The position numbers and the translations under genes were made by a program. This document shows, piece by piece, positions 1 to 9,270 of a stretch of 64,000 nucleotides of DNA. Origin of the DNA: Planctomycetota bacterium (GTDB lineage: Bacteria; Planctomycetota; UBA1135; UBA2386); contig OZ245838.1 of assembly GCA_965228735.1 (NCBI GenBank), positions 4,896,001-4,960,000 on the forward strand, in the 5' to 3' direction. How positions within the stretch are numbered: position 1 is the first letter of the stretch; every line of letters starts with the position of its first letter. A model generated the notes under the pieces. The model was not told the origin of the DNA. It was given only the letters and a program-made list of their open reading frames with translations, and did no database searches.

Positions 1-417
1 GTGCTCGCGGGCCTCGCGCTCATCGGACTCGGCGTCTGGCTCACGTGCGATCCGGCGATCGTCTACCAGACCGAGGTGCCGCCGCTGCCGACGCGGATCG
101 CGCACCAGATGACGTTCGTCTGCGTCGGGCTGCCGTTCGTGCTGCCGATCGCGTTCACGATCGGGAAGGGCTGGCGCTACGCGTTCGGCCTCGGCGCGGT
201 GCTGTGGTTCGGCCCGAGCTTCCTGCCGGGCGATCCGGTCTGGGGCTTCGGCGTCCGGATGTTCGCGACGCTCGTCGCGATCGCGGCGCTACTCGTCTGG
301 CGGACTCTCGCCGGTTTGAGCAACCCGACGCGGACGCCCCAGCAGGCCGAACACGCAGCCGGCGAGCATGCCGCCGACGATCGTGTAGGGCACCCAGAAG
401 CCGAGCTGGGCGATTGA
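1..417 (+). CDS. Membrane protein, 5'-partial
   Basis: Open from window edge with several hydrophobic segments; 3' end overlaps the convergent gene by 129 bp. Confidence 0.55.
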   Translation: MLAGLALIGLGVWLTCDPAIVYQTEVPPLPTRIAHQMTFVCVGLPFVLPIAFTIGKGWRYAFGLGAVLWFGPSFLPGDPVWGFGVRMFATLVAIAALLVWRTLAGLSNPTRTPQQAEHAAGEHAADDRVGHPEAELGD

Positions 418-963
418 CGCCGCGAACATCGTCTCGGAGAGCTCGGCGACCTCGATGCCGGGCGGGCCGAACTTGGTGTAGTGCGTCTCCCAGGCGCTCG
501 CCTTCGCGAGCCACGTGATCCCGAGCACGATGCCGCGCGCGAGCAAGCCGTAGGCCAGCAGCATGAGCGCGAGTCGTGGCCAGATCACGAAGCCGACGAT
601 CGCGAGCACGGTGCCGATGCCGGCGAGCGTGAGCACCGCGGGGCGCAGCCGCTCGTAGACGGCTGCGGTCGCCTCGGCCTTCAGGAACGGTCCGAACTGC
701 CAGGCGACCGAGCCGACGACCGCGGCCATGCAGAGCAACGCCCACAGCGGCGCGAGCGGGACGCGCGGCGCGCTGCCCTTCCTCTGCAAAGCGATCCCGA
801 ACACCGCGCCGAACAAGAACACGAGCCACGAGATGCCGAGCGGATGCAGCGCGCCGCCCGACTGCGGCGGGATCCAGCCCTGCACTTCGCCCGTCAGGCG
901 CGCGATGCTCACGCCGAGCGTGAGGACCGCTGCCGCGAGCACCAGCATCAGCAGTCGATTCAT
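289..963 (-). CDS. Multi-pass membrane protein
   Basis: ATG at 963 (MNRLLMLVLAAAVL) overlaps the upstream gene's stop (ATGA); about 6 hydrophobic helices. Confidence 0.7.
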   Translation of the reverse strand: MNRLLMLVLAAAVLTLGVSIARLTGEVQGWIPPQSGGALHPLGISWLVFLFGAVFGIALQRKGSAPRVPLAPLWALLCMAAVVGSVAWQFGPFLKAEATAAVYERLRPAVLTLAGIGTVLAIVGFVIWPRLALMLLAYGLLARGIVLGITWLAKASAWETHYTKFGPPGIEVAELSETMFAASIAQLGFWVPYTIVGGMLAGCVFGLLGRPRRVAQTGESPPDE

Positions 964-2321
964 ACCGGTCCTTCCTGATCGCGGATCTTGTCGAGCGACG
1001 TCTCGCGCTGGAGCTGCAGGAACATGATGCGCGCCATCGCGGTCACCGGCGGATAATGCGGGGACGGCGCCGGAGTTTCCTTCGCGCGGTCGTAGATCGC
1101 GAGCAGGCGATCGACGTGCTCCTGCCGGCCCATCGCGAGCGGCGGCACCCGGCCCGCGAGCTGTTGCCACAGCTCCGGCTCGTCGAGGAAGCGCAGCATC
1201 TTCGCTGCCAGATCGCTCGCGTCGCCGGCCCGACTCGTGAGCCCCGCGACCTCGCCACGTTCGGCGACGGCGCCGAGGTCGCTCGTGATGCACGGCCGGC
1301 CGAGCTCGAAGCACTCGTCGAGCACGAGCCCGTAGGTCTCGAGGCACGTGGACGGAAAGATGCCGACGTCCGGGCGCGCGCCGTGGAGCTTTCTGGCGTC
1401 GAACGCGCCGTGCATCGTCACGGGCAGGCCCTCGGTCAGCGGCTGCAGCTCCGCTCCGAACTTCGGACTGCTCGGTTCGCCGAGCACGTGCAGCTCGCTG
1501 CGCCCGGGGCGCTGCTCGTGCACCTGACGAAACGCATGCAGCAGCACGTCGACGCCCTTGTGGCGGCCGATCGTGCCCCAGTAGCAGAAGCGCAGCGGGG
1601 CCGCCGGCTGCGGGTCCGGCAGCCGCGGCAGGTCGGCGAAGCGCGGGTGGTAGCCGAGCGGGAGCGTCTCGTACTGCTCGCGTGGCATGCCCGTCATCTC
1701 GGAGAGCAGGTCGGCCGTGGACGAGACCGCGACGAGCGCCGTGCGCGCGAGCGCCACCTCGGCGCGGAAGTGCTCGGCAAAGAGCTCGACGCCGGCGATG
1801 AGCTCACGCTCGGGTTCGTGGCCGTAGACCGGCACGCACGACGCGCAGCTGTCGGCGGACAGCACCCGCTTGCACGACAGGTCCTCGATCGCGTTCCCGA
1901 GCCGCCGGCGGAACGCGCGCGGGCAGCTCGTGAAGTAGTCGTGCAGCGTCAGGACGACCGGGATGTCGAGGCGCGTCGCGATCTCGGCGAGGTTGCACGT
2001 GAGCCGGACCCAGTGGTGGACGTGCAGCAGCGCGGGTCGCCATTCGCGCAGCTTCCGTTCGATGAGCTCCTCGACCTCGGGATGCCACATCTTGGCGTGG
2101 TGGTCGAAGTAGAGGTCGTTGCGGTGCAGCCGGTAGACCGGCACGCCCTCGACGTCCTCGACGGGGTCGAGCGTGACGTCGCTCCGCGCGTGCAGCGAAC
2201 CCGTGAGCACCTGCGCGTCGAGGCCGCGCGCGCGTTGCCGCTGCGCGATGTCGAGCAGGTAGGACTCGGAGCCGCCGCGGCTCTCGGGCGGGAATTGGTG
2301 AATGACGTGCAGAACGTCCAT
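960..2321 (-). CDS. Glycosyltransferase family 4 (GT-B)
   Basis: N-terminal HQFPPESRGGSE, LHVHHW, LTLHDY, GTIGRHKG and PS..ETYGLVLDE motifs. Confidence 0.9.
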   Translation of the reverse strand: MDVLHVIHQFPPESRGGSESYLLDIAQRQRARGLDAQVLTGSLHARSDVTLDPVEDVEGVPVYRLHRNDLYFDHHAKMWHPEVEELIERKLREWRPALLHVHHWVRLTCNLAEIATRLDIPVVLTLHDYFTSCPRAFRRRLGNAIEDLSCKRVLSADSCASCVPVYGHEPERELIAGVELFAEHFRAEVALARTALVAVSSTADLLSEMTGMPREQYETLPLGYHPRFADLPRLPDPQPAAPLRFCYWGTIGRHKGVDVLLHAFRQVHEQRPGRSELHVLGEPSSPKFGAELQPLTEGLPVTMHGAFDARKLHGARPDVGIFPSTCLETYGLVLDECFELGRPCITSDLGAVAERGEVAGLTSRAGDASDLAAKMLRFLDEPELWQQLAGRVPPLAMGRQEHVDRLLAIYDRAKETPAPSPHYPPVTAMARIMFLQLQRETSLDKIRDQEGPV

Positions 2322-2370
2322 GGCGGGCGTGCCCAAACCTGATGGGGCTGTCCTTATACTCCGTCGCCTC

Positions 2371-3084
2371 GTGCATCCACCGAACAGAATCGACGCGGCT
2401 GCTCACGAGCTGACTCACGCTGATCCGGAGAAGCGGCCGGTCGACTTCGGCTTCCTGCTGCTCGCGGCGATCTTCATCGCGTCGCTGGTGGTCTGCAATC
2501 TCGTCGCGAACAAGTTCCTGACCGTCGATCTCGGCTTCAAGGTGTTCCTGCTGTCGGCCGGCGCGCTGCCGTACCCGATCACGTTCCTCGCGACCGACCT
2601 GATGTCGGAGATCTACGGCAGGCGGCGCGCCAACCGCGTCGTGTGGTCGGGCTTCGCCGGTTCGATCTTCGTGCTGCTCGCGCTCTGGCTCGGCGATCAG
2701 TTCCCGGCCAGCGACGCGATTCCGGGCGGCATCGACGACGAGACCTACCAGCAGGTGTTCGGCACCGCGCCGCGCGTGATCGCCGCGTCGATGACGGCCT
2801 ATCTCGTCGCACAGCTCGTCGACGTGCGGCTGTTCCACTTCTGGCGCGAACTGACGAACGGTCGGCACCTGTGGCTGCGGAACAACGCGTCGACCGTCGT
2901 GTCCCAGCTGCTCGACTCCGCCCTCGTCGTCTGGGTCCTCAAGGTGGGGGTGATGACCTACGGCGAGATGATGTGGGTCGTGCTCGATCTGTGGCTGTTC
3001 AAGGCGCTCGTCGCCGCCGCGGACACGCCGCTGTTCTACTGGGGCACGGCGCTGATGAACCGTTGGCGGCCGGCGCCGCTGTAG
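2371..3084 (+). CDS. Queuosine precursor transporter (YhhQ/Vut_1 family)
   Basis: YPITFLATDLMSEIYG, AYLVAQLVDV and LWLRNNASTVVSQLLDS motifs; GTG start chosen. Confidence 0.9.
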   Translation: MHPPNRIDAAAHELTHADPEKRPVDFGFLLLAAIFIASLVVCNLVANKFLTVDLGFKVFLLSAGALPYPITFLATDLMSEIYGRRRANRVVWSGFAGSIFVLLALWLGDQFPASDAIPGGIDDETYQQVFGTAPRVIAASMTAYLVAQLVDVRLFHFWRELTNGRHLWLRNNASTVVSQLLDSALVVWVLKVGVMTYGEMMWVVLDLWLFKALVAAADTPLFYWGTALMNRWRPAPL

Positions 3085-3091
3085 CGCTGAT

Positions 3092-4396
3092 TCAGCGGAT
3101 CAGGACTTTGACACCGAGGATCTTTCGCAGGGCTTCGGCGTCAGTGATCTCGAGTGGGCCTGCGCCGTCCGGCGCGTCGCTCGGCGGTAGGAGTCGCGCG
3201 TCGCGCAGGTCGAGGTAGTCCCAGCCCTCGGCGACGGCTTGGAGATCGTCGAGCTTCAGGCTGTAAACGTCGCCTAGGTTCACCCGGCGCAGCGAGTGAG
3301 CGTGCCGTAGCGCGGGCAGAGGGTCCTGATTCATGAAGTCGAACAGCTTCGCAGGAGGCGCGAGTTGTCGCGTTCTGCTGAACGACTCGATGTCCAAGTC
3401 CGTGAGGTTGGGCATCGTGACGACGTCGTCGAGGTCGGCGCGGGTCATGTTGATCGCCCGCGCCAGCGACAGCCGGCGGATCCGCGGATTGTCGCGCAGC
3501 GGCGACAACGCGCCCGGGTTCGCGAGCACGCCGCCTTCGAGATCCAACGCGGACAGTCGCGGTAACGCCACGATGGCCGCGATCAGTTCTTCGTCGATCC
3601 CTCGGTGACGACGGAGTGCGAGTTCTTGCAGGTCGGGCAGTGCACGGAGTGCCGCCGCATGCGCCGCGTCGATCGCGCGCGAGCCATCGATCTCGAGTGC
3701 TCGCAACCCCGAGGACCTGGCCAGGAACTCGCGCCATCCCCGCGGCTCGGCTCCGCCCAGGTCGATCGCCAGGCGCTGCAGGCCGCGCGTCGGCAAGATC
3801 GACAAGAGGGTGGGGCTCGGGCTGGTCCGGATCCGCAGTTCGCGAAGCAGCGGTAGGCGTTCGAGCGGCGCGAGACCTTCAGCTTCGCTGGATACGACTT
3901 TGAGCTCGAGGGCCTGCACCCGGGTGTGGCGCAGCAGGGCCTCACTGATCTCGGGCGTCAGGGTCAACAGTGGGGTGTGGCCAGCGCCAGTGAGCGCGAC
4001 GGCGCGCAGTTGCCGAAGCCGTGCGAGGCTGGCGATCACGGCCGGGCCCGGCGTCGCGAGGCGGACGGCAGTCGTGTCGGCGGGCAGCGCGTCGGCGGCT
4101 TCGCGAGTGGAGATGACCGGTGCGGTCGCCAGTGCGTCACGCCACGACGGCGGGATGCCGTTCGGATCCTGGGCTTCACGTTGTGCCGTTTCTGCCTCGA
4201 CGATCACGGCGACGGCGACCGTGACGCTGACGGCGAGCAGCGCGACTAGCAGCAGCCAGGGTGGACGGCGGTGCTCGCGTCTCGGCATGGACGTCGTCGT
4301 GCCCGCGCGCCGCTCGCGCGCGGCGAGCAACTGCAGGCCCGCGTGCATCACGCGGTCCATCGCTTCCTGATCGAACTCGCGTTCCATCGTCGTCAT
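3092..4396 (-). CDS. Single-TM leucine-rich-repeat protein, putative anti-sigma factor
   Basis: Short N-terminal domain, TM (WLLLVALLAVSVTVAVAVIV), then LxxLxL repeats; ATGA-coupled to the upstream sigma gene. Confidence 0.75.
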   Translation of the reverse strand: MTTMEREFDQEAMDRVMHAGLQLLAARERRAGTTTSMPRREHRRPPWLLLVALLAVSVTVAVAVIVEAETAQREAQDPNGIPPSWRDALATAPVISTREAADALPADTTAVRLATPGPAVIASLARLRQLRAVALTGAGHTPLLTLTPEISEALLRHTRVQALELKVVSSEAEGLAPLERLPLLRELRIRTSPSPTLLSILPTRGLQRLAIDLGGAEPRGWREFLARSSGLRALEIDGSRAIDAAHAAALRALPDLQELALRRHRGIDEELIAAIVALPRLSALDLEGGVLANPGALSPLRDNPRIRRLSLARAINMTRADLDDVVTMPNLTDLDIESFSRTRQLAPPAKLFDFMNQDPLPALRHAHSLRRVNLGDVYSLKLDDLQAVAEGWDYLDLRDARLLPPSDAPDGAGPLEITDAEALRKILGVKVLIR

Positions 4397-4974
4397 CCGT
4401 GCAACCTCCGTTCGACACACTCCCGCAGTCGCTTGCGAAGCCGCTGCAGCAGCGTCTTGACTCCCGTCTCCTTCATCCCGAGCTTGCGCGCGACCTCTGC
4501 GCGCGGCAGCTCGTCGTCGTAGAACAGCCGTAGCGCGGCCGCGGCGTTGCCCTGCAGCTCGTCGCGACACTGACGGAGCGCGTCGAGCGAGCCGTCGAGG
4601 TCGTTCGCCAGGCCAGCCTGTCGCCACGCATGATCCACCGCGTCGGCCCAGCGTTCGTCGGAGGCGATATCGCGAGGCTGCTGCGCCCGCCGGCGCCGGT
4701 GCTCGAGGAATTGGTAGCGCACCGCGGTTCGCAGCGCGGCGCGAACGAGCGGCACCGGTCGGTCCTGCAGCAACCCGCGGCGCCATAGGCTCACGCTGGC
4801 GCGTTGCGTCAGTTCGTCCGCGACCTGCGCGTCTCCCGCGAGCGCCTCGGCGTAGCGCATGGCTTCGTCCCGCATCGTCGCGTCGAGCACGACCACGGGC
4901 GGCGGGCCGGGCTCGGTGCCGCCGCTGGCGTGCGGGGCGCTGTCGTCGACTGGCGGAACGGGCGAATGCGGCAC
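4393..4974 (-). CDS. ECF-type sigma-70 factor
   Basis: Region 2-like ADELTQRASVSLWR and region 4 HTH LRLFYDDELPRAEVARKLGMKETGVKTLLQRLRKRLRECVE; start could be 4875. Confidence 0.85.
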   Translation of the reverse strand: MPHSPVPPVDDSAPHASGGTEPGPPPVVVLDATMRDEAMRYAEALAGDAQVADELTQRASVSLWRRGLLQDRPVPLVRAALRTAVRYQFLEHRRRRAQQPRDIASDERWADAVDHAWRQAGLANDLDGSLDALRQCRDELQGNAAAALRLFYDDELPRAEVARKLGMKETGVKTLLQRLRKRLRECVERRLHG

Positions 4975-5047
4975 GGTCTGAAGTCGGCCGCGATGGCCGC
5001 AGGGTATTCAACCAGTTCTGCGAACCGGTTGGCCGCGCCGCCGCCGC

Positions 5048-5551
5048 TCAGCCGCCGAACTGCTCGTGCGCGCCCGTGCGGGGGTCGAAGCCGGCCGTCT
5101 TCGGTTCTCCCGAACCGAGCAGCCACTCGGCTTCGCGCGAAGCGCCGACGAGCAGCGCGTAGACGCCGACGGCGTCGAGGGCCATGCCGCGGCTCTGCAC
5201 GAGCAGCCAGTCGGTGCCGCCGCCGGTCTTCTTGCGGAACACGTCGGGCACCTCGCGGCGCAGCCGGATCACGATCTCGCCGCGCGCGTTCGGCGGTTCG
5301 ATCGACGACACGTCGTTCCACAGCACGCGGTGGCCGTGGAACACGATGCCGTCGCTGTCGAACGCGAGCTTGCTCGAGCGCCAGTCCGTCGTGAGGAACA
5401 TGAGCCAGTAGAAGGCGACGCAGAAGAGATACGCGTCGGCGTGCTGCGGATACTCCGACGCGATCGCCGCACCGCCGACGTGGAACACTGCGGCGCCGAC
5501 GAACATCCAGCGGGACCGCTTGGGCGGGATCTGAATCGTCTGGGAAAGCAT
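5048..5551 (-). CDS. Hypothetical membrane protein (2 TM plus soluble domain)
   Basis: Clean ORF immediately downstream of argS. Confidence 0.6.
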   Translation of the reverse strand: MLSQTIQIPPKRSRWMFVGAAVFHVGGAAIASEYPQHADAYLFCVAFYWLMFLTTDWRSSKLAFDSDGIVFHGHRVLWNDVSSIEPPNARGEIVIRLRREVPDVFRKKTGGGTDWLLVQSRGMALDAVGVYALLVGASREAEWLLGSGEPKTAGFDPRTGAHEQFGG

Positions 5552-5555
5552 GGCG

Positions 5556-7286
5556 CTACATCTGCTCCGGTGCCGGAATGCCGATCAGCGAAAGCGCTGT
5601 CGTCAGCAGTCGCCGCGCCGCATCGGTGAGCACGAGTCGCGCGTCGCGCACGGCCGGTTCTGCCCCCAGCACGTGATGCTCGCGCAGGTAACTGTGGATC
5701 TCGCCCGCGAGAGCGAGCGTGTAGTTGGTGATCACGCTCGGTTCGCTCTGCGCCGCGGCGCGCTCGACGACGTTGCCGAAGTCCATCATCGTGAGCAGCA
5801 CCCGTTCGGCATCGGCGAGGTGCGCGAAGTCGATCGCGTCGATGGCCGGGACCGGGGCCTCGGCCTTGCGCAGGATCGACGACAGCCGCGCGACGGCGAA
5901 CTGCACGTACGGCCCCGTGTCGCCCTCGAACGCGAGCATCGCGTCCCAGTCGAACTTGACGTCCTTGATGCGCGAGCTCTTGAGGTCGTTGAACACGATC
6001 GCCGAGACGCCGACCTGTTCGGCGACCTCGTCCTTGTCGGGCAGCTCGGGGTTCTTCTCGGCAATGATGTCACGGACCTTGCGGACGGACTCGTCAAGGA
6101 TCTCGTCGAGGAAGACCGCGTTGCCGGACCGCGACGCGAACTTCTCCCACTTGCCACCCTCGCCCTTGCTGAGCACGAGTCCGAAGGGCACGTGTTCGAC
6201 GGCGTCGGCGACCGGTTCTGCCATCTTCTTCAGCACGCCCTTGAGCTGATCGAAGTGCAGCTTCTGCTCCGCGCCGACGACGTAGAGGATGCGATCCGGC
6301 GCGTAGGTCGCCTGCCGGTAGAACACGGCCGCGAGGTCGCGCGTGTGATACAGCGTCGTGCCGTCGCTCTTGCGCAGGATGCACGGCTGCTTGATGCCCT
6401 GCTCCTTGAGCCACACGACCTCGGCGCCGTCGCTCTCCTCGAGGATGTCGGCCTTCACGACGCGCGCCATCGCGTCCGCCATCTTGTCTTCGAAGAACGA
6501 CTCGCCCGTGATGTGGTCGAACGTCACGCCGAGCCGGCCATACGGTCCCTGGAACGCCTTCAGCGACTCGTCGCGCAGCAGCTGCCACATCCGACGTTCT
6601 TCGTTGTCCTCGCCGCTCTCGAGCGCGCGGAAGTGCGCCGCGGCCTCCGCGTCGAGCTCGGAGTTCGCCTTCGCCGCCTCCCCGTACTGCTTGTAGAGCT
6701 CGAACATGTACCGCATCGGCGACTCGTGCAGCTTGGCCTCGTCGCCGAAGCGCATGTAGGCCGTCATCATCTTGGCGAACGGCATGCCCCAGTCGCCGAG
6801 GTGGTTGATGCCGTGCACGGTCGCGCCGCGGTGCTTGTGGATGAGCCGCAGCGCGTTGCCGATCACCGTGCTGCGCATGTGGCCGATGTGGAACGGCTTC
6901 GCGATGTTGGGTGAGCTGAAGTCGATGCAGACGACCTGGTCGTTCGGCTCGGCCGGGCCGTAGGGCGCGGCGTCGGTCTGCACGGCCGTCAGCACCTGTC
7001 GCGCGAGGGCGCTGCGCTGGAAGCGGAAGTTGACGAACGGGCCGGCCGCGCTCGCGGATTCGATGACGTCGTCAGCCGTGACCGCCGCGGCGATCTCGCC
7101 GGCGAGCGCGGGTGGCGCCTTCTTCAGGTGCTTGCTCAGCTGAAACGCGCCGAGCGCGATGTCGCCGTGGTCGCGGTTCTTCGGCGGATCGAGCCGCAGC
7201 ATCGGTGCCGCGGTGTCGCGGTCGATGCCGAGGGTCTCGAGGGTGCTGAGCAGGCGGTCCCGCAGATGGCTGAGCAAATCGGTCAC
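5556..7286 (-). CDS. argS: Arginine--tRNA ligase
   Basis: SSPNIAKPFHIGHMRS (HIGH), NHLGDWG, KFASRSGN, GDTGPYVQF and C-terminal PEQM; GTG start at 7286. Confidence 0.97.
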   Translation of the reverse strand: MTDLLSHLRDRLLSTLETLGIDRDTAAPMLRLDPPKNRDHGDIALGAFQLSKHLKKAPPALAGEIAAAVTADDVIESASAAGPFVNFRFQRSALARQVLTAVQTDAAPYGPAEPNDQVVCIDFSSPNIAKPFHIGHMRSTVIGNALRLIHKHRGATVHGINHLGDWGMPFAKMMTAYMRFGDEAKLHESPMRYMFELYKQYGEAAKANSELDAEAAAHFRALESGEDNEERRMWQLLRDESLKAFQGPYGRLGVTFDHITGESFFEDKMADAMARVVKADILEESDGAEVVWLKEQGIKQPCILRKSDGTTLYHTRDLAAVFYRQATYAPDRILYVVGAEQKLHFDQLKGVLKKMAEPVADAVEHVPFGLVLSKGEGGKWEKFASRSGNAVFLDEILDESVRKVRDIIAEKNPELPDKDEVAEQVGVSAIVFNDLKSSRIKDVKFDWDAMLAFEGDTGPYVQFAVARLSSILRKAEAPVPAIDAIDFAHLADAERVLLTMMDFGNVVERAAAQSEPSVITNYTLALAGEIHSYLREHHVLGAEPAVRDARLVLTDAARRLLTTALSLIGIPAPEQM

Positions 7287-7370
7287 GCGCGAGAGTCTGC
7301 CGCCCGCCGGTCTGGCCCGCCAGGGCAGCGCCCGCGATTTGCGCGTTGGTGATGGTACGATGCGCGCGTC

Positions 7371-9254
7371 ATGCGCTCGGTCGTTCTGCTCGTGGGAATC
7401 CTCGCTGCCGGTTGTGGCGGTGGTGAGGCCGATCCCGGCAGGAACTCGGCTCCGGGCCGAACGGCAGTGGATCGGACCGCCCCCGAGCAGCCGACGTGGA
7501 CCACCGATGTCGCCGCGATCGTCCACCGGTCGTGTGCGCCGTGCCACCGCCCGGGACAGTCGGCGCCGTTCTCGTTGCTGTCCTACGGCGACGCGAGGAA
7601 GCGCAGCGACCAGATCGTCGAGGTGACCGAGGACGGCTACATGCCGCCGTGGTTGCCGACGCACGGCGACTTCGTGGGCGACCGTCGCCTGACCGCGGCC
7701 GAGATCACGACGCTGCGGCGGTGGGCCGACAACGACGCGCCGCGCGGTGATTCCGGCGCGGAACCGCCGACCCCCGAGTTCTCGGACGGCTGGCAGCTGC
7801 GCGAACCCGACCTCGTGCTGAACGTCGACGAGACGATCGAAGTCGCGGCGGCCGGGCCCGACCGCTTCCGCAACTTCGTGATCCGCATCCCGGGCGACCG
7901 CACGCGCTTCGTCGAGGCGATCGAGATCCAGCCGCGCTCCGCGGCGGTGCACCACGCCGTCGTCGCGATCGACGCGACGAGCGCGTCGCGGCAGCAGGAC
8001 GCCGCCAGTTCCGAGCCGGGCTTCGACGGCATGGTCGCGGGCAACGCCGAACCGCCGGACGGCTACTTCCTCGGCTGGACGCCGGGCAAGCGCGTGCGGC
8101 CGCTCAGTGGCGGCATGGCGTGGCGCCTGGTGCCGGGCCGAGACCTCGTTCTGCAGTTGCATCTCACACCGACTGGCCGGGTCGAGACGGTGCGACCGCG
8201 CCTCGGCTTCTTCTTCACGAAGACCGCGCCGACCGTGGTCTCGTATCCGCTCACGTTGTTCAACGATCGGATCGACCTGCCGGCCGGCGCTGCGGGTGTG
8301 ACGCTGACCGACGAGTTCACGACACCCGTGCCGGTGCGCGTGCACTCGATCTACCCGCACGCCCATTATCTGTGCCGGCGCATGCGCGGGACGATCACGT
8401 TGCCGGGTGGCGTGACGCGCGATCTGTTCCGCATCGATCGCTGGGACTTCGACTGGCAGGACGACTATCGCTTCGTCGAACCGGTCGCCGTGCCGGCCGG
8501 CGCCACGATCGCGTTCGAGTACGAGTTCGACAACAGCGCGGACAACCCCCAGAACCCGTCCAGGCCGCCGCGGCGCGTCACGTTCGGCCAGGAGTCGACG
8601 GACGAGATGGCCACGCTCACGCTGCAGGTTTCGACCGCGGATCCGGAGGGGCGACGGCGGCTCGCGCTCGCGAACGTGCGGCGCGATCTGGCCAAGGTGG
8701 CGTTCGACGTCGGTCTCGTCGTGCGGGAGACGGGGATCCTGCGCGAGCTCGGGCGGCACGACGAGGCGCTCGTCGTGATCGAGAAAGCCGTAACGCAGGC
8801 GCCGGCGGATCCGCGCGTGTTGCGCGAGCTCGGGTTGACGTTCACCAACCTCGGGCGGCCCGAAGACGCCGAGCGCGCGTTCCGCGCCTGCCTCGCGCAG
8901 GACGACGGCGAGGACGTCGCGCGCATCGAGCTCGCGAGCCTGCTGGCGCGGCGCGGCGAGACCGGGGCGGCGATCGGGTTGTTCGAGCGCGCGCTGCGCA
9001 CGAGTCCGGGGCAGCCGACGCTGCACAACAACCTCGCGACGGCCTACTACAGCGAAGGCCGGCTCGGCGACGCCGAACGGCACTACCGCCAGGCGATCGA
9101 CCTCGACGAGAACTACTTCACCCCGTGGTTCCTGCTCGGCCGGGTGCTGCTCGATCAGGGCAACATGACCGGGGCTCGCGCCGCGCTGCAGCGCGCGCGC
9201 GAGCTGAAGCCCGGCCATCCCGCGGTCGAGCAGGCGCTGCAGCGCCTGCAGTGA
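7371..9254 (+). CDS. Lipoprotein with heme-c motif, Cu type II monooxygenase-like domains and TPRs
   Basis: LAAGC lipobox; CAPCH; VHHA, QLH, PHAH and DEM motifs; C-terminal TPR repeats. Confidence 0.8.
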   Translation: MRSVVLLVGILAAGCGGGEADPGRNSAPGRTAVDRTAPEQPTWTTDVAAIVHRSCAPCHRPGQSAPFSLLSYGDARKRSDQIVEVTEDGYMPPWLPTHGDFVGDRRLTAAEITTLRRWADNDAPRGDSGAEPPTPEFSDGWQLREPDLVLNVDETIEVAAAGPDRFRNFVIRIPGDRTRFVEAIEIQPRSAAVHHAVVAIDATSASRQQDAASSEPGFDGMVAGNAEPPDGYFLGWTPGKRVRPLSGGMAWRLVPGRDLVLQLHLTPTGRVETVRPRLGFFFTKTAPTVVSYPLTLFNDRIDLPAGAAGVTLTDEFTTPVPVRVHSIYPHAHYLCRRMRGTITLPGGVTRDLFRIDRWDFDWQDDYRFVEPVAVPAGATIAFEYEFDNSADNPQNPSRPPRRVTFGQESTDEMATLTLQVSTADPEGRRRLALANVRRDLAKVAFDVGLVVRETGILRELGRHDEALVVIEKAVTQAPADPRVLRELGLTFTNLGRPEDAERAFRACLAQDDGEDVARIELASLLARRGETGAAIGLFERALRTSPGQPTLHNNLATAYYSEGRLGDAERHYRQAIDLDENYFTPWFLLGRVLLDQGNMTGARAALQRARELKPGHPAVEQALQRLQ

Positions 9255-9270
9255 TCAGAACGACGCCGCG

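Noticed and set aside
2322..2370. Possible preQ1 riboswitch upstream of the queuosine precursor transporter
   Set aside because: The gap is very short and lacks a recognisable preQ1 stem-loop or A-rich tail
7287..9218. N-terminal extension of the 1220-aa ArgS ORF (similar extensions on the protease, ABC-F and LRR ORFs)
   Set aside because: The extensions overlap real neighbouring genes; the recognisable domains start at downstream codons
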